IMG/VR virus record: IMGVR_UViG_3300030330_004701
Span: 32,001 to 96,000 of that record
Strand: one strand, 5' to 3'
Length of the DNA stretch: 64,000 nucleotides
Source of the DNA: a virus
Lineage: Duplodnaviria > Caudoviricetes
The notes beneath the pieces are model-generated. The model searched no databases. It had not been told where the DNA came from and saw nothing but the letters and a program-made list of their open reading frames with translations. Position 1 is the first letter of the stretch, and every line of letters begins with the position of its first letter. Positions 38,357 to 48,130 of this stretch are shown one piece after another. Made by a program: the position numbers and the translations under genes.

Positions 38357-39131
38357 AATCCTGTGTGTCCTTTATTAGATTTTCCCAATAGTCAAAAGAA
38401 AGCTTTTCCAAATTATACATAATACTAGTTGCGTCGTCTAGAAAATGCACAAGTTTTTGGTGGGTTACTTCTTCCCATTTGTCTACAAATAATATCGGCA
38501 GATCTGAAAGACATTTGTGTGTTAAGTGACTTTGTACAATTGGTATACAGCCCATATATAGCGCCTCCCATATCCTATGCGTATCTACACCATTACCTCG
38601 TGGGCAAAGACAGAAAGCGTACTTGGATAAGTTGGAAACATATTTATCAAACTGTGATCCATTAATTGACTGGAAAAAGTCTGCGTCAACCGCCTTTTTT
38701 TCGATAAGATTAACTAGGTCAGTTCTTGACTCATGCGTTACTGGATTAAATTGACCGAAAGCGCGGATCAATCTCTGTTCTTGTGCAGGGCAATTAAGTA
38801 TGATGTCTCTTTTGGTTGGATGCCACTGCGTATTTTCTAGTCCTATTGGTATAGGGAAAGTTCTACTAGATGCGGTGCATAGATTTTGAGCATACCAACA
38901 AATTAAGTTGGGAGGTAGAAATCTTTTGTTTAAATTTATTTCTGCATCCCCATTATGAGTTACCAGCCTGAATTTTTTATCGTTATTTTTTTCTATAAAA
39001 ACAAGCGCGCGCAAATAGTCATCTGACGCAGCATACATTGTAATCTCTTGTTTGTCCGGCATATCCTCTCCGAACTCAAAATCACAGATAGATCTAAACA
39101 TATCCCCATCAACAAACCTTACACTGCTCAT
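38343..39131 (-). CDS. Exostosin/GT47-like glycosyltransferase
   Basis: FCLCPRGNGVDTHRIWEALYMGCIPIV. Confidence 0.8.
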   Translation of the reverse strand: MSSVRFVDGDMFRSICDFEFGEDMPDKQEITMYAASDDYLRALVFIEKNNDKKFRLVTHNGDAEINLNKRFLPPNLICWYAQNLCTASSRTFPIPIGLENTQWHPTKRDIILNCPAQEQRLIRAFGQFNPVTHESRTDLVNLIEKKAVDADFFQSINGSQFDKYVSNLSKYAFCLCPRGNGVDTHRIWEALYMGCIPIVQSHLTHKCLSDLPILFVDKWEEVTHQKLVHFLDDATSIMYNLEKLSFDYWENLIKDTQDCGCK

Positions 39132-39946
39132 TGTAATTTCTTCCTCATATAGTATGCAAGCCCTTCCGGTGAGCAGAAATATTTGTACCAAGATTTTCCA
39201 GCTTCAGAATAATACTCCATTTCTTCTGGGTTCTGCAAAATCATATCTATAACATCTGGAAGATTAGTCCAGTTATTATCTACAGTAATTGTAGGCGCTA
39301 CATTATACATGGGTATTACAGGCATCTGTTGTGATACTATAACACATCCTGCCATAGCAGCCTCAAAAAACCGAAAACTCTCGAAGCTAGCTGATCCATT
39401 CGGAACTAAAGCTATTTTTGTATTGCTCATTACACTAGCGTAATCTTGTATAGGGCCTCCATTATTCCAGCCGTTATACCAAAGGACTTTACTTGCATGG
39501 CTTTTGCCTTGAAGATTATCCACAGCATTTTTGAAGGCAACCCTTGTGTAAGGATCAAACTGCCCCATCCAACACCAATCATACGTTCTTTCGTGAACAT
39601 TCACAGGTTCAGGATTAAACCCTTCTAAGGAGCATAAAGGAAGTGGGGTTACTTTGCTTTCAAACTGATGTAAAATTGAAGTAGGATTCTTCATATCGGC
39701 CATCGGTACATACTGCTTGAATATATGCGCGTAAGAATTGTCGTTGACTTCTACTGGAACGTTGTGGCTCTCATCAGATGTAGAAATGAGAACTTTAGGA
39801 TACTTTGTATCTGAAGGTTTCTCACCATCCCATGTTTGGATTATAAACGAGTAGTCTTGTTCTAGTGTGTTACACAGGATTTCTGCTGCCTGCTGATAAA
39901 CATAAGTATCAGGTTTGTCTTGCGCTAAGTTAATGATTTCTGACAT
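39128..39946 (-). CDS. Exostosin/GT47-like glycosyltransferase
   Basis: KIALVPNGSASFESFRFFEAAMAGCVIV. Confidence 0.7.
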   Translation of the reverse strand: MSEIINLAQDKPDTYVYQQAAEILCNTLEQDYSFIIQTWDGEKPSDTKYPKVLISTSDESHNVPVEVNDNSYAHIFKQYVPMADMKNPTSILHQFESKVTPLPLCSLEGFNPEPVNVHERTYDWCWMGQFDPYTRVAFKNAVDNLQGKSHASKVLWYNGWNNGGPIQDYASVMSNTKIALVPNGSASFESFRFFEAAMAGCVIVSQQMPVIPMYNVAPTITVDNNWTNLPDVIDMILQNPEEMEYYSEAGKSWYKYFCSPEGLAYYMRKKLQ

Positions 39947-40818
39947 TATACAAATCTTTCTAAGTTTTTACTATGTACATGAAGATTGAATATTGGAAAG
40001 CGCTCGCCGTCCACTCTTATTACATAAGGGCGGTCAGTGAATTCTGCATTAATCTCTTCTGCAATCATCGCAGAACCAATTATATGTTTTTGATCAATAA
40101 ACCCTGAGCCATGACCATTATTTGTGCCTCCTAAATACTGACCATATGAACCCGGATCAAATATATAATTATGGTCTTCATGAAAGTTAGGGATTGTTGG
40201 TAGCGGGCAAAACATATTATTTACATGTGCTACGTGTAGCAATGACATTTCGCTAACATGGTCAAAACCGAAGTTCTGGATTAACCATTGCTCTCCCTTT
40301 TCTAGCAACTGATTAAAAAAGAGGCACATGTGCCTTGTGTGTTGTGGTGTAGGAATATGAGCAAAAGCGAAAGTCACCTGATCTACAGACATCGGAGTTA
40401 GGCTGAGTAGAGGGTGTGTAGGCACCTCTCTGAGGTCGCCATAAACTAGAACATCATTCTCAAAATGAAACGCATCATAAATACGCTCTCTATTAAGATA
40501 CTCATCCAAATAGTAAAGGCGTTCGCAGGTTCTATGCCAGAAGAGTTCTGGACTTGGGTACGAGGTGTTAGGAGTTCCGTGTCTACGGAAGTTACAGACC
40601 TTATTGAATTCTTTAAGTACGTCGCCATCAGACAGCTCGTCTTGAGGAATCCAGTTAACACCAAATTCTTCAAATATAGGTTGGTCATCTTTGCAGATAA
40701 AATCAAACTCGACATCTGGATTGGTCTGCTTTGCCTTTTGGATTGAAAATCTGACGTAATCTGGCAAAGCCCCACCATCAGATATAAAAGTATTTACTAT
40801 TTTCATATTTAAGTCCAA
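39946..40818 (-). CDS. Putative GT-A glycosyltransferase
   Basis: LPDYV, FWHRTCERLYYL, HFENDVLVY, IFDPGSYGQYLGG and NLHVHSK; DxD-like END; within the island. Confidence 0.5.
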   Translation of the reverse strand: MDLNMKIVNTFISDGGALPDYVRFSIQKAKQTNPDVEFDFICKDDQPIFEEFGVNWIPQDELSDGDVLKEFNKVCNFRRHGTPNTSYPSPELFWHRTCERLYYLDEYLNRERIYDAFHFENDVLVYGDLREVPTHPLLSLTPMSVDQVTFAFAHIPTPQHTRHMCLFFNQLLEKGEQWLIQNFGFDHVSEMSLLHVAHVNNMFCPLPTIPNFHEDHNYIFDPGSYGQYLGGTNNGHGSGFIDQKHIIGSAMIAEEINAEFTDRPYVIRVDGERFPIFNLHVHSKNLERFV

Positions 40819-41528
40819 GTGTGAATTGTGAATAGGTCTACATTAGTAGCACCTTTATACATATTTATGTATGCTCTTATTTCGTCGTGCGACCACTGTT
40901 TATACTGTCCGTGAGTCCTCGTTTTTGTGTGCGTATGATTGTACATTCGGGGATGCGTTTTTGTTACATAATTTCCATACGTTTCAAACTCAGAGAATAA
41001 ATATTCTTCATTCACCAAAATTTCATTGAGGTCATTTACAAACGTCTTCAGGTCTGGTAGCATTTCTCGGCACACATTTTTATCAAACAGCATAAAGTCA
41101 TTTATGTAGGTATGATCAACCTGTCTGCCAAATCCAAAGTATATTTCCATTAGACTGAAATATGGTATATGATGTTGATCTCTATCGCTTATAAAAAAGT
41201 TTGGCTTACCTCCGGCAAAAACATCAATGGGGCGATTGAAAATTAGATCAGAATCTATGCACATGTAAAGATCGTTTCTAGTCACATCCTGAAAAGTCTT
41301 TATAAGTTGCTGGTAGATCCAGTTAGGCCTAGTGAATTCGACTTCACTTATGTCTAGGTCAATAACCTCTGAATCTGTCAAGCATATAAAATTATCCGAA
41401 ATTGCATGGTCAGGTGTAACCAAGAATATATCGTGAGGCATTGGGTTTAGCCACTTCATAGACTCAAGACAATACTCAATTTTAGTGTAGTCTTTTGGGT
41501 GCGATAATATAATAGCGTCGTATCTCAT
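40809..41528 (-). CDS. Putative GT-A glycosyltransferase (DUF6492-like)
   Basis: HPKD, WIYQQLIK, CIDSD (DxD), FSEFETYGNY. Confidence 0.6.
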   Translation of the reverse strand: MRYDAIILSHPKDYTKIEYCLESMKWLNPMPHDIFLVTPDHAISDNFICLTDSEVIDLDISEVEFTRPNWIYQQLIKTFQDVTRNDLYMCIDSDLIFNRPIDVFAGGKPNFFISDRDQHHIPYFSLMEIYFGFGRQVDHTYINDFMLFDKNVCREMLPDLKTFVNDLNEILVNEEYLFSEFETYGNYVTKTHPRMYNHTHTKTRTHGQYKQWSHDEIRAYINMYKGATNVDLFTIHTWT

Positions 41529-42425
41529 TTATATTCCTTGTAATATATCAAGCTCTTGATGTGGACAGACAATCTCCTCAAAGTCGATTCCCTCAAGAGA
41601 AAGGCGTTTACCTTCCTCATATTCGTCTTTTAAGTCTAGAGCTACATAGCTGTAGCTATCTCCATTTCTATTCTTTATTTGATTTTGAACTCTGTTATTT
41701 GGCGAATTAACAACACAACTATATTCAGGGCAAGCCATTAAAGCTGGAAGATCAAAGAAATACATTTGCAGTTTGGCTTCAAACTCATTCGGCGTTTGTC
41801 TCCATGAATACTTTGCTCTAGGTACTCCGCGATTAGAGTAGTGTGCCTCCAATACACAAAGTTCATCACAGAATTTCAATAGTTTATTTTTTTCAAATAT
41901 GTGCGCATCAACAGAAAGTGGATACGCCCAATAACCTCCTACAGGGATGGAAGTCCTGTTCCAAATTAGCAGATTTCCTAAAGATCCTACCTCCTTCGGC
42001 AAAGCATCTTGCCTTAAAACACCATCACCATAGTCTCTCATGACAGTGTTTTTACCTAACCTCAAAGATATACATGACACTTGGTTTTCAAACGCTAGCT
42101 TAATATCTTCTTGTGTTAGAGATAGCTCTCTGTAAACAATGTTGTCATCGGTAAAAAAACAAACGTGTTCGTCTAACGAAGTATCGACGAGCTTTTTTAT
42201 ATCAGTGAATATACTTGCAGATTGTTTAACAAAGTTGACATCTTGATGCTCTTTAATTAGAGTCTGATATGAATTTTCGTGTTCTTTAGATGTGGTATAT
42301 AAAACATCAATGCGATGAATTGGGTATTCGTACTGTGTGCATGGTATGTGAGATTTTATGCTATTTAGAGTTAGGTCTAACTGAAGCGCTCTGTCTTTAC
42401 TAAATACGATTGAGGTAAACATCAA
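41529..42425 (-). CDS. Putative GT2-like glycosyltransferase
   Basis: IVFSKDRALQLDLTLNS, FFTDD, SLRLG, YPLSVDAH, PNEFE. Confidence 0.6.
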   Translation of the reverse strand: MMFTSIVFSKDRALQLDLTLNSIKSHIPCTQYEYPIHRIDVLYTTSKEHENSYQTLIKEHQDVNFVKQSASIFTDIKKLVDTSLDEHVCFFTDDNIVYRELSLTQEDIKLAFENQVSCISLRLGKNTVMRDYGDGVLRQDALPKEVGSLGNLLIWNRTSIPVGGYWAYPLSVDAHIFEKNKLLKFCDELCVLEAHYSNRGVPRAKYSWRQTPNEFEAKLQMYFFDLPALMACPEYSCVVNSPNNRVQNQIKNRNGDSYSYVALDLKDEYEEGKRLSLEGIDFEEIVCPHQELDILQGI

Positions 42426-43356
42426 ACTGCTCCTTGTTACCCATAAACCAATCTACTGTCTGTTCAAGGCCTTCTAGTAGATCTATTTGTGGTTCATATC
42501 CTAGCCTCTGCTGTGCCCGACTAATATCTAGTTGTCTTCTGGGTTGCCCGTCTGGATAGGCAGAATTGAAATATATAGCGCCGTTGTATCCCATAACTTC
42601 TGCGATTGTGTGAGCCAAATACTTGATCTGTATCTCACCGCCAGTGCCTATATTAATTGGTTCTGGAGACACATCGTTTTCCAAGCCCAAACTGATAGCA
42701 TTGGCACAATCATAAACGTGTAAGAATTCTCTACTTGCTTCACCAGTTCCCCAAACTTCTACTGATTCCAAATCAAACTTGATGGCCTTGTAGAACTTTA
42801 GTATCAGTGCGGGAATTACATGGCTTATAGCAGGGTCAAAATTATCATGAGGCCCATACATGTTAACAGGGATGAGATTAACACCGTTAAAGTTGTACTG
42901 CTCATGATACGATTGCACAAGCTGCATAAGTGCCTTCTTCGCAATTCCATATGGTGCATTTGTTTCTTCTGGGTATCCATTCCAAAGATCTTCCTCTTTA
43001 AAGGGTACGGGAGTAAACTTAGGGTAAGCACAAACAGTTCCAACCATGACAAACTTCTCGACCCTGTTAAGCCTAGACGCTTCAATAGTATTGGAACCCA
43101 TCACTAAATTATTATACATAAATAAACCGGGATTATCTTTATTGGCACCAATGCCCCCAACAGTTGCAGCAAGGTGAAGTACTACTTCGGGCTTTTCTTT
43201 TTTGAAAAAGTCAAGTGTTTCTTCGCAACAGGTCAGATCAACCGAGCTGCCTATGGGCAATAAGTTAGTATACCCTTTTGCTTCCAGCGTATCAACAACA
43301 GCCTTGCCCAAGAAGCCAGTTCCGCCAGTGATAAGAATTTTTTTATCTTTATGCAT
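42400..43356 (-). CDS. fcl: GDP-L-fucose synthase
   Basis: ITGGTGFLG, HLAATVGGIGAN, GTVCAYPK, PYGIAKK, PVNMYGPHDNF, SHVIPALI, WGTGEASREF, DGQPRR. Confidence 0.95.
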   Translation of the reverse strand: MHKDKKILITGGTGFLGKAVVDTLEAKGYTNLLPIGSSVDLTCCEETLDFFKKEKPEVVLHLAATVGGIGANKDNPGLFMYNNLVMGSNTIEASRLNRVEKFVMVGTVCAYPKFTPVPFKEEDLWNGYPEETNAPYGIAKKALMQLVQSYHEQYNFNGVNLIPVNMYGPHDNFDPAISHVIPALILKFYKAIKFDLESVEVWGTGEASREFLHVYDCANAISLGLENDVSPEPINIGTGGEIQIKYLAHTIAEVMGYNGAIYFNSAYPDGQPRRQLDISRAQQRLGYEPQIDLLEGLEQTVDWFMGNKEQFDVYLNRI

Positions 43357-44392
43357 TTATCTCTCTCCTAGTTCTATCCCAGCCTTCAACTATGTTTGCA
43401 GCTTCTTGCTCGTACCCAAGATAGTTTAATATTTGTGATATCCTATGAAAGTTAGTATGATTTTCTAGCAAGAACTTTTGTCCTTGAGATGCTAGCTGCC
43501 GACGCTCATTTTCGTTGGCCAAATAGTAGTCAATCTTTTCCCTAAAATCTTGAGGGCCTTCTGCGAAGATCACGCCATTGCCTTCAAATATTTTTGCGAT
43601 AGATGTTATATTATCGGATATGCAAAAGCCTCCTGCACACAAAATCTTGAAACACCTTTCATTTATATCAAACCCATAATGATGCGCATGTGGCTCGCTT
43701 AGGTTAGGGCATATCTTTGCGGACGCAAAAAGGTCTTTTAACTTGTGGTCTTGTAAAAAACCGCAATACTGATTAATATGCCAAGGCTGATTACCAAAAA
43801 CTTTGATATTATATCTATCTACTGGATGACAAAGAGGTGTAAGAAATTGGTCTATGATGATACCTTTATGTGGCCAGTAACCTCCAACGAAGCCGATATC
43901 GCAAGCTAGGGAATCGTCATACTGGCCGCCAAAATATTCTTGTACATCGCCGCACATTATTACTGATTTTGCGTCTATACCAATCTTGCTGTAATTGGAG
44001 TGTGTCTGATCTACTGCTTCTTGATCGTAATGGATATGTACAAAATCTGGTTTTCCAGTTTCTTCTTTTAATTTTTTAAGAAGCTCAATTTCTTGTTCAG
44101 TGGCATGAAGGACATTTAATGTCGGGTCTTTTTGGAAGTCTCCCCAATCTCCCGCACGAAGTCCTATCTTTAGGTGTGGCCTCTCGTATATACATTTGAC
44201 TAGATCTGATGTCAAATTGTAAGACTGTCCTAAAAATACATCTGGTTCAAACAGGTCGAAGGCATCAAAAGCGGACATACTCTTGCAATCCCAAAGCTGG
44301 GCCTGTATGCCTACCGCATTAAAAGCTCGCAACCAAGATAGCCTCTGGAAATAATGAGCGTGTACACCATCGCTAGATATTAAAATTTTCAT
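43349..44392 (-). CDS. CgeB-like GT-B glycosyltransferase
   Basis: DIGFVGG, AKICPNL, INERCFKILCAGGFCISD, IDYYL...ER...HT...R. Confidence 0.75.
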   Translation of the reverse strand: MKILISSDGVHAHYFQRLSWLRAFNAVGIQAQLWDCKSMSAFDAFDLFEPDVFLGQSYNLTSDLVKCIYERPHLKIGLRAGDWGDFQKDPTLNVLHATEQEIELLKKLKEETGKPDFVHIHYDQEAVDQTHSNYSKIGIDAKSVIMCGDVQEYFGGQYDDSLACDIGFVGGYWPHKGIIIDQFLTPLCHPVDRYNIKVFGNQPWHINQYCGFLQDHKLKDLFASAKICPNLSEPHAHHYGFDINERCFKILCAGGFCISDNITSIAKIFEGNGVIFAEGPQDFREKIDYYLANENERRQLASQGQKFLLENHTNFHRISQILNYLGYEQEAANIVEGWDRTRREINA

Positions 44393-45080
44393 TCTTCAAG
44401 TCTTTCATACAGTCTATTTCTAATATTGATATTTTGTCTGGTTCAACAACCCTGATGTTTCCACCCTTATTTATTATAAGATTGAGCACTTCAAAAGTCA
44501 ACATGTTTTTTATATCTTCTGAATGTTTTATAAAAGCCGACCTAAGTAGCTTTAACTCCCTGCCACATAAGTAAATTATCTGGCACCATTTAAGATCTAA
44601 GCCATGAGAAAATATCGTAGCTTTATTTTTTACTTTGGTTACTCCTACTTCCCTATCTTGCATTGCTTGGTTTGAAGCAAGAACAAAAGACTTTCCATAA
44701 TCTAAATTCTGTAGCAACTCTTGACCAAAATAAAGATCTCCATGAAAAAACAGAATACTGTCAGCATCTGAATTATTCAAGATCAATCGCATTGTTTCTG
44801 CAGAGCCAGTAAATTCATATAGTTGATTTTCGATATACCTAGCGTTAAAACCTGTTTTCTTTATAATTTTGTTTGCACCTACGCCAACACCTACAATTAT
44901 CTCAGGCTCCGAGAAAACATTTCTAATAACTGATATCTGATGCTCAAGCAGCGTTTTATTGCCGACCTTGAGTAGAGAACGGGGCTCATTAGATTTTATT
45001 CTATTTCCAATTCCAGCAGAGAGTATACCTACTGTTGTAGTGATAGAATCTCTTTTAATTTTTTGAATGAATCTGTTCAT
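44373..45080 (-). CDS. Nucleotidyltransferase (LicC/NTP_transferase-like)
   Basis: ILSAGIGNRIKSNEPRSLL, HGDL, EIDCMKDL. Confidence 0.75.
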   Translation of the reverse strand: MNRFIQKIKRDSITTTVGILSAGIGNRIKSNEPRSLLKVGNKTLLEHQISVIRNVFSEPEIIVGVGVGANKIIKKTGFNARYIENQLYEFTGSAETMRLILNNSDADSILFFHGDLYFGQELLQNLDYGKSFVLASNQAMQDREVGVTKVKNKATIFSHGLDLKWCQIIYLCGRELKLLRSAFIKHSEDIKNMLTFEVLNLIINKGGNIRVVEPDKISILEIDCMKDLKNENFNI

Positions 45081-45891
45081 TACGCTTTCTTATTTTATCT
45101 GCGTTTTGTTGGAATATTTCTGGGGTCATCTTCATGGATTGGTTCAGGCCCGTCTCTCTTACATAAGATAGCGGTTCGGCAATGTGTGAAATCATACATA
45201 CATTTGAAAGCCTAAGCCATAAATCATAGTCTTCTATGCATCCTATAAAGCCCTGACTTCCGGGACCATGTAGGTTGCTATCATATATCTCTTTGTTGTC
45301 TAATAATATTTTTGATAGACATCTCTTTTTGATTAATCCAGCACTGTGTACTATGCACTGTCTTTCTAGCTCAAATTTGGAATATGGGTATTTGTATTCA
45401 TATTTTTGGTAGTCATTGTATCCATATGTTTTATGTATAATATAGTCTGAATATGTAACGCCTATTTCATCATGCTCAATCAGCTTTTGTACCTGTTTAG
45501 AAACTTTACTTGGATGATACAAATCATCCGCATCAAGAATGGCAAAGACATCTGCCCATTCCCAAGCTTCCCAAATTGCTACGTTCCTAGCGGTGCTAGC
45601 GCCCGAATTTTCAATATGGTAGCACCATAGGTTCATGTCACTACACTGAAATAATTTCATTTGACCTGTGTAATATGGCTCATTCACCTCATGAGAGTCT
45701 GTTATGGAGGATATGCTCTCTGAAGCGTAGCTTAGTAGTTTATCATAAGACCCATCCGAAGAACCATCGTCAATTACGTAAACACGCATTTGACCTTCGT
45801 AGTCCTGCTTAAGGGCACTATCTATAGCATCTAGAACAAACTCACCATAATTGTAATTGGTTATTACAACAGCTACATTAGGCAGATTCAT
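45055..45891 (-). CDS. GT2 glycosyltransferase
   Basis: VITNYNYG, IDDGSSDG, GASTARN, ILDADD, EDYDLWLRL. Confidence 0.92.
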   Translation of the reverse strand: MNLPNVAVVITNYNYGEFVLDAIDSALKQDYEGQMRVYVIDDGSSDGSYDKLLSYASESISSITDSHEVNEPYYTGQMKLFQCSDMNLWCYHIENSGASTARNVAIWEAWEWADVFAILDADDLYHPSKVSKQVQKLIEHDEIGVTYSDYIIHKTYGYNDYQKYEYKYPYSKFELERQCIVHSAGLIKKRCLSKILLDNKEIYDSNLHGPGSQGFIGCIEDYDLWLRLSNVCMISHIAEPLSYVRETGLNQSMKMTPEIFQQNADKIRKRNEQIHSKN

Positions 45892-46690
45892 CTATGAATT
45901 CCTTCCAAGTTATAATAGTGTCTGGATCTGATGTGTTCATGCCCTCGACTTTTTCGACAAAGCTAAGGGTCATATCTTCTCCCGTGTCTTTGTGTTGCAG
46001 CTTTCTGCTACCGTCTAAAAACTTATATATGGCTGTCTGAAATATCATACCATTCAAATCATCATACGGCTTAACCAATACAAGTCTCTTCATATCTACA
46101 TTTATTCTGTCATGAATCTTCTGTAAAAGATCGAGCCTAACATTCTCTCCGCTGGTCGTGACATAAGCCCAACCATTCTTAGCGTGCCTGAAGGCTTCAT
46201 CCAGCAGGAAGTCATTTTTGCTATCGACTAATGTCTGCACAATGTGAAACTCTGTTTCTTCAAAGTCAAAGTTCTTTCTGAGTATTTCGTGCAGTTGCTC
46301 GTTGTATTCAACTCTAGAATTAATTAGTGCTATATATCGAGCTTGACCAAAGCTCTGTTCTTTAATATCTTTTAGTGTTACCTTGAGACGATCAATCATC
46401 CCTTCTTCGCTGTCTAGAAAAATAAAGAAGCCAAGTCTTGGGCAGACCTCTCTCATAACAGTATTCACCATGTCCTGCTTTTCTTCATCAGATAAGATAA
46501 TCCTCCACTCTTCAGGCCTGTAGGTGTTACAAAATCTATTGAATGTATAATGGTGTTTTTCGCCGTCCATCAATAAATCATTTTTCGGATTAAGTTTTTC
46601 TGCTCTATTTAACTTACAGCCAGTTTGTGTGTCTTTTGTATATTCCGCAAACAGGCAGCCTTTACAGCTAGTTTGAACTTGCATTTGCAA
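45878..46690 (-). CDS. Hypothetical protein with an N-terminal Cys cluster
   Basis: SCKGCLF...GC...FC; overlaps both neighbouring genes. Confidence 0.55.
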   Translation of the reverse strand: MQMQVQTSCKGCLFAEYTKDTQTGCKLNRAEKLNPKNDLLMDGEKHHYTFNRFCNTYRPEEWRIILSDEEKQDMVNTVMREVCPRLGFFIFLDSEEGMIDRLKVTLKDIKEQSFGQARYIALINSRVEYNEQLHEILRKNFDFEETEFHIVQTLVDSKNDFLLDEAFRHAKNGWAYVTTSGENVRLDLLQKIHDRINVDMKRLVLVKPYDDLNGMIFQTAIYKFLDGSRKLQHKDTGEDMTLSFVEKVEGMNTSDPDTIITWKEFIDESA

Positions 46691-47111
46691 CCCTCCTTGA
46701 TGTTATAATAGCTTGCATAGTTTCATTATCTAATGTTTTTTGTGTGATTTGCAAGTTACTACCTTTTACTATATCAGCAATAGTTTCGATATTTAAGACG
46801 CAACCAACAGTTGGGCAGTCTTCAAATAGAATTGAATTTATATCTGACAGAGCCATGCCTGTTTTATTATAAGTATAGGACAGGATGTCAATGTCTTTTT
46901 GGTAGATAACTAATTTTGAATTAAGTCTCATTTTAGAGACTATCTTATTTAAAATATATTCTAGAGACTCAAAATTAAAAGCAGACAAGAAGCTGTCCAC
47001 AATTATTTCTGTCGCCTCATTATCATCCACAACAGAGTCTATGGTGGAGAAGTCGCTTACCCATACGTGACTTTTGCTTTCTGGGTCGGTGTGTGAAAGT
47101 ATAATTTTCAT
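46668..47111 (-). CDS. Degenerate methyltransferase-fold protein
   Basis: Central part aligns by eye with 35414..35968 but lacks the GxG SAM motif. Confidence 0.4.
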   Translation of the reverse strand: MKIILSHTDPESKSHVWVSDFSTIDSVVDDNEATEIIVDSFLSAFNFESLEYILNKIVSKMRLNSKLVIYQKDIDILSYTYNKTGMALSDINSILFEDCPTVGCVLNIETIADIVKGSNLQITQKTLDNETMQAIITSRRVANASSN

Positions 47112-48130
47112 TATTTTTTGTAATCCCTTATAACTTTGAAAAACAAGTCGTTCCAGTTTTTAGTAAATCTGTCAAGACTGTAATTATCTTTAATTGTATT
47201 CCTTGCATTTTCTCCAAGCCTTCTGGCTTCTTGAGGGTTGTCAAGAAGAAATTGACAAGATGCGCGTAGCTCATCTGCGGTATCCGCAAGTAACCCATTC
47301 TCACCATGCTGGATTATTTCTGGAATCATACAATTATTAGTGCTGACGATTGCGCAACCACAAGCCATTGCTTCCATTAGAACGGTTGGTACGGGCGAGT
47401 GTATGGAGGTATTCAAAAACACTGATGCGCTCTTATATGCATCTCTTAGATCTTCAATACTATCTGCAGGCTCAGAGAATCCGGGGCTACTGCCAAGAAC
47501 CTTTACTGGCAACATACCTTCATCTGTTCTGATTATTTCATTCCAAAGATTCCAGCCACAGCACCAGTCTCTATTTGGCCACTCGTTGACAACAGAAAGT
47601 AGCACGTTTTCTCTCTGCAGTTCTTCGCCAGTTTGCCAGAAGTCATAATCCATACCATGCTCAACAAAGCTGGTGTTTTCTCCCTGCTTCTTTCCCCAAG
47701 CATCCATATTGTACTCAGAAATGAAACTGTCATGATCAACAGAAATAGAATTGAAAGCTTGGACCTGCTGTTCGACATCAAATCTAATATCCGGCAATAC
47801 ATGAGTATGCCTGATAATTGGTATATTGTACATAGCTTGTAAGTTCTTGGAAAACTGCAGTCTCTCACAACTCGTATGAGAAAGTATAAGATCAAATTGC
47901 AAGTGCCAAGGTATTATCTTTATTTCTTGATAATTATCTGGTATCTCTCCATAGTCTTTATTCCATAGCTTGCCTTGTGCTACAGAATAAAAATTGTGTC
48001 CAGTTTTGCACAAATTTTGCTCATACCTTTCATGCGTACAGAAAGTTAATATGTTTAACTTGTCTGTATCTTTTAAGGTTGCGCGACGAACCATAGATTT
48101 TATAGATACTTGGTTTGCTTGACTACTCAT
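47111..48130 (-). CDS. GT4 glycosyltransferase
   Basis: VFLNTS...PTVLMEAMACGCAIVS...EIIQHGENGLL. Confidence 0.9.
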   Translation of the reverse strand: MSSQANQVSIKSMVRRATLKDTDKLNILTFCTHERYEQNLCKTGHNFYSVAQGKLWNKDYGEIPDNYQEIKIIPWHLQFDLILSHTSCERLQFSKNLQAMYNIPIIRHTHVLPDIRFDVEQQVQAFNSISVDHDSFISEYNMDAWGKKQGENTSFVEHGMDYDFWQTGEELQRENVLLSVVNEWPNRDWCCGWNLWNEIIRTDEGMLPVKVLGSSPGFSEPADSIEDLRDAYKSASVFLNTSIHSPVPTVLMEAMACGCAIVSTNNCMIPEIIQHGENGLLADTADELRASCQFLLDNPQEARRLGENARNTIKDNYSLDRFTKNWNDLFFKVIRDYKK

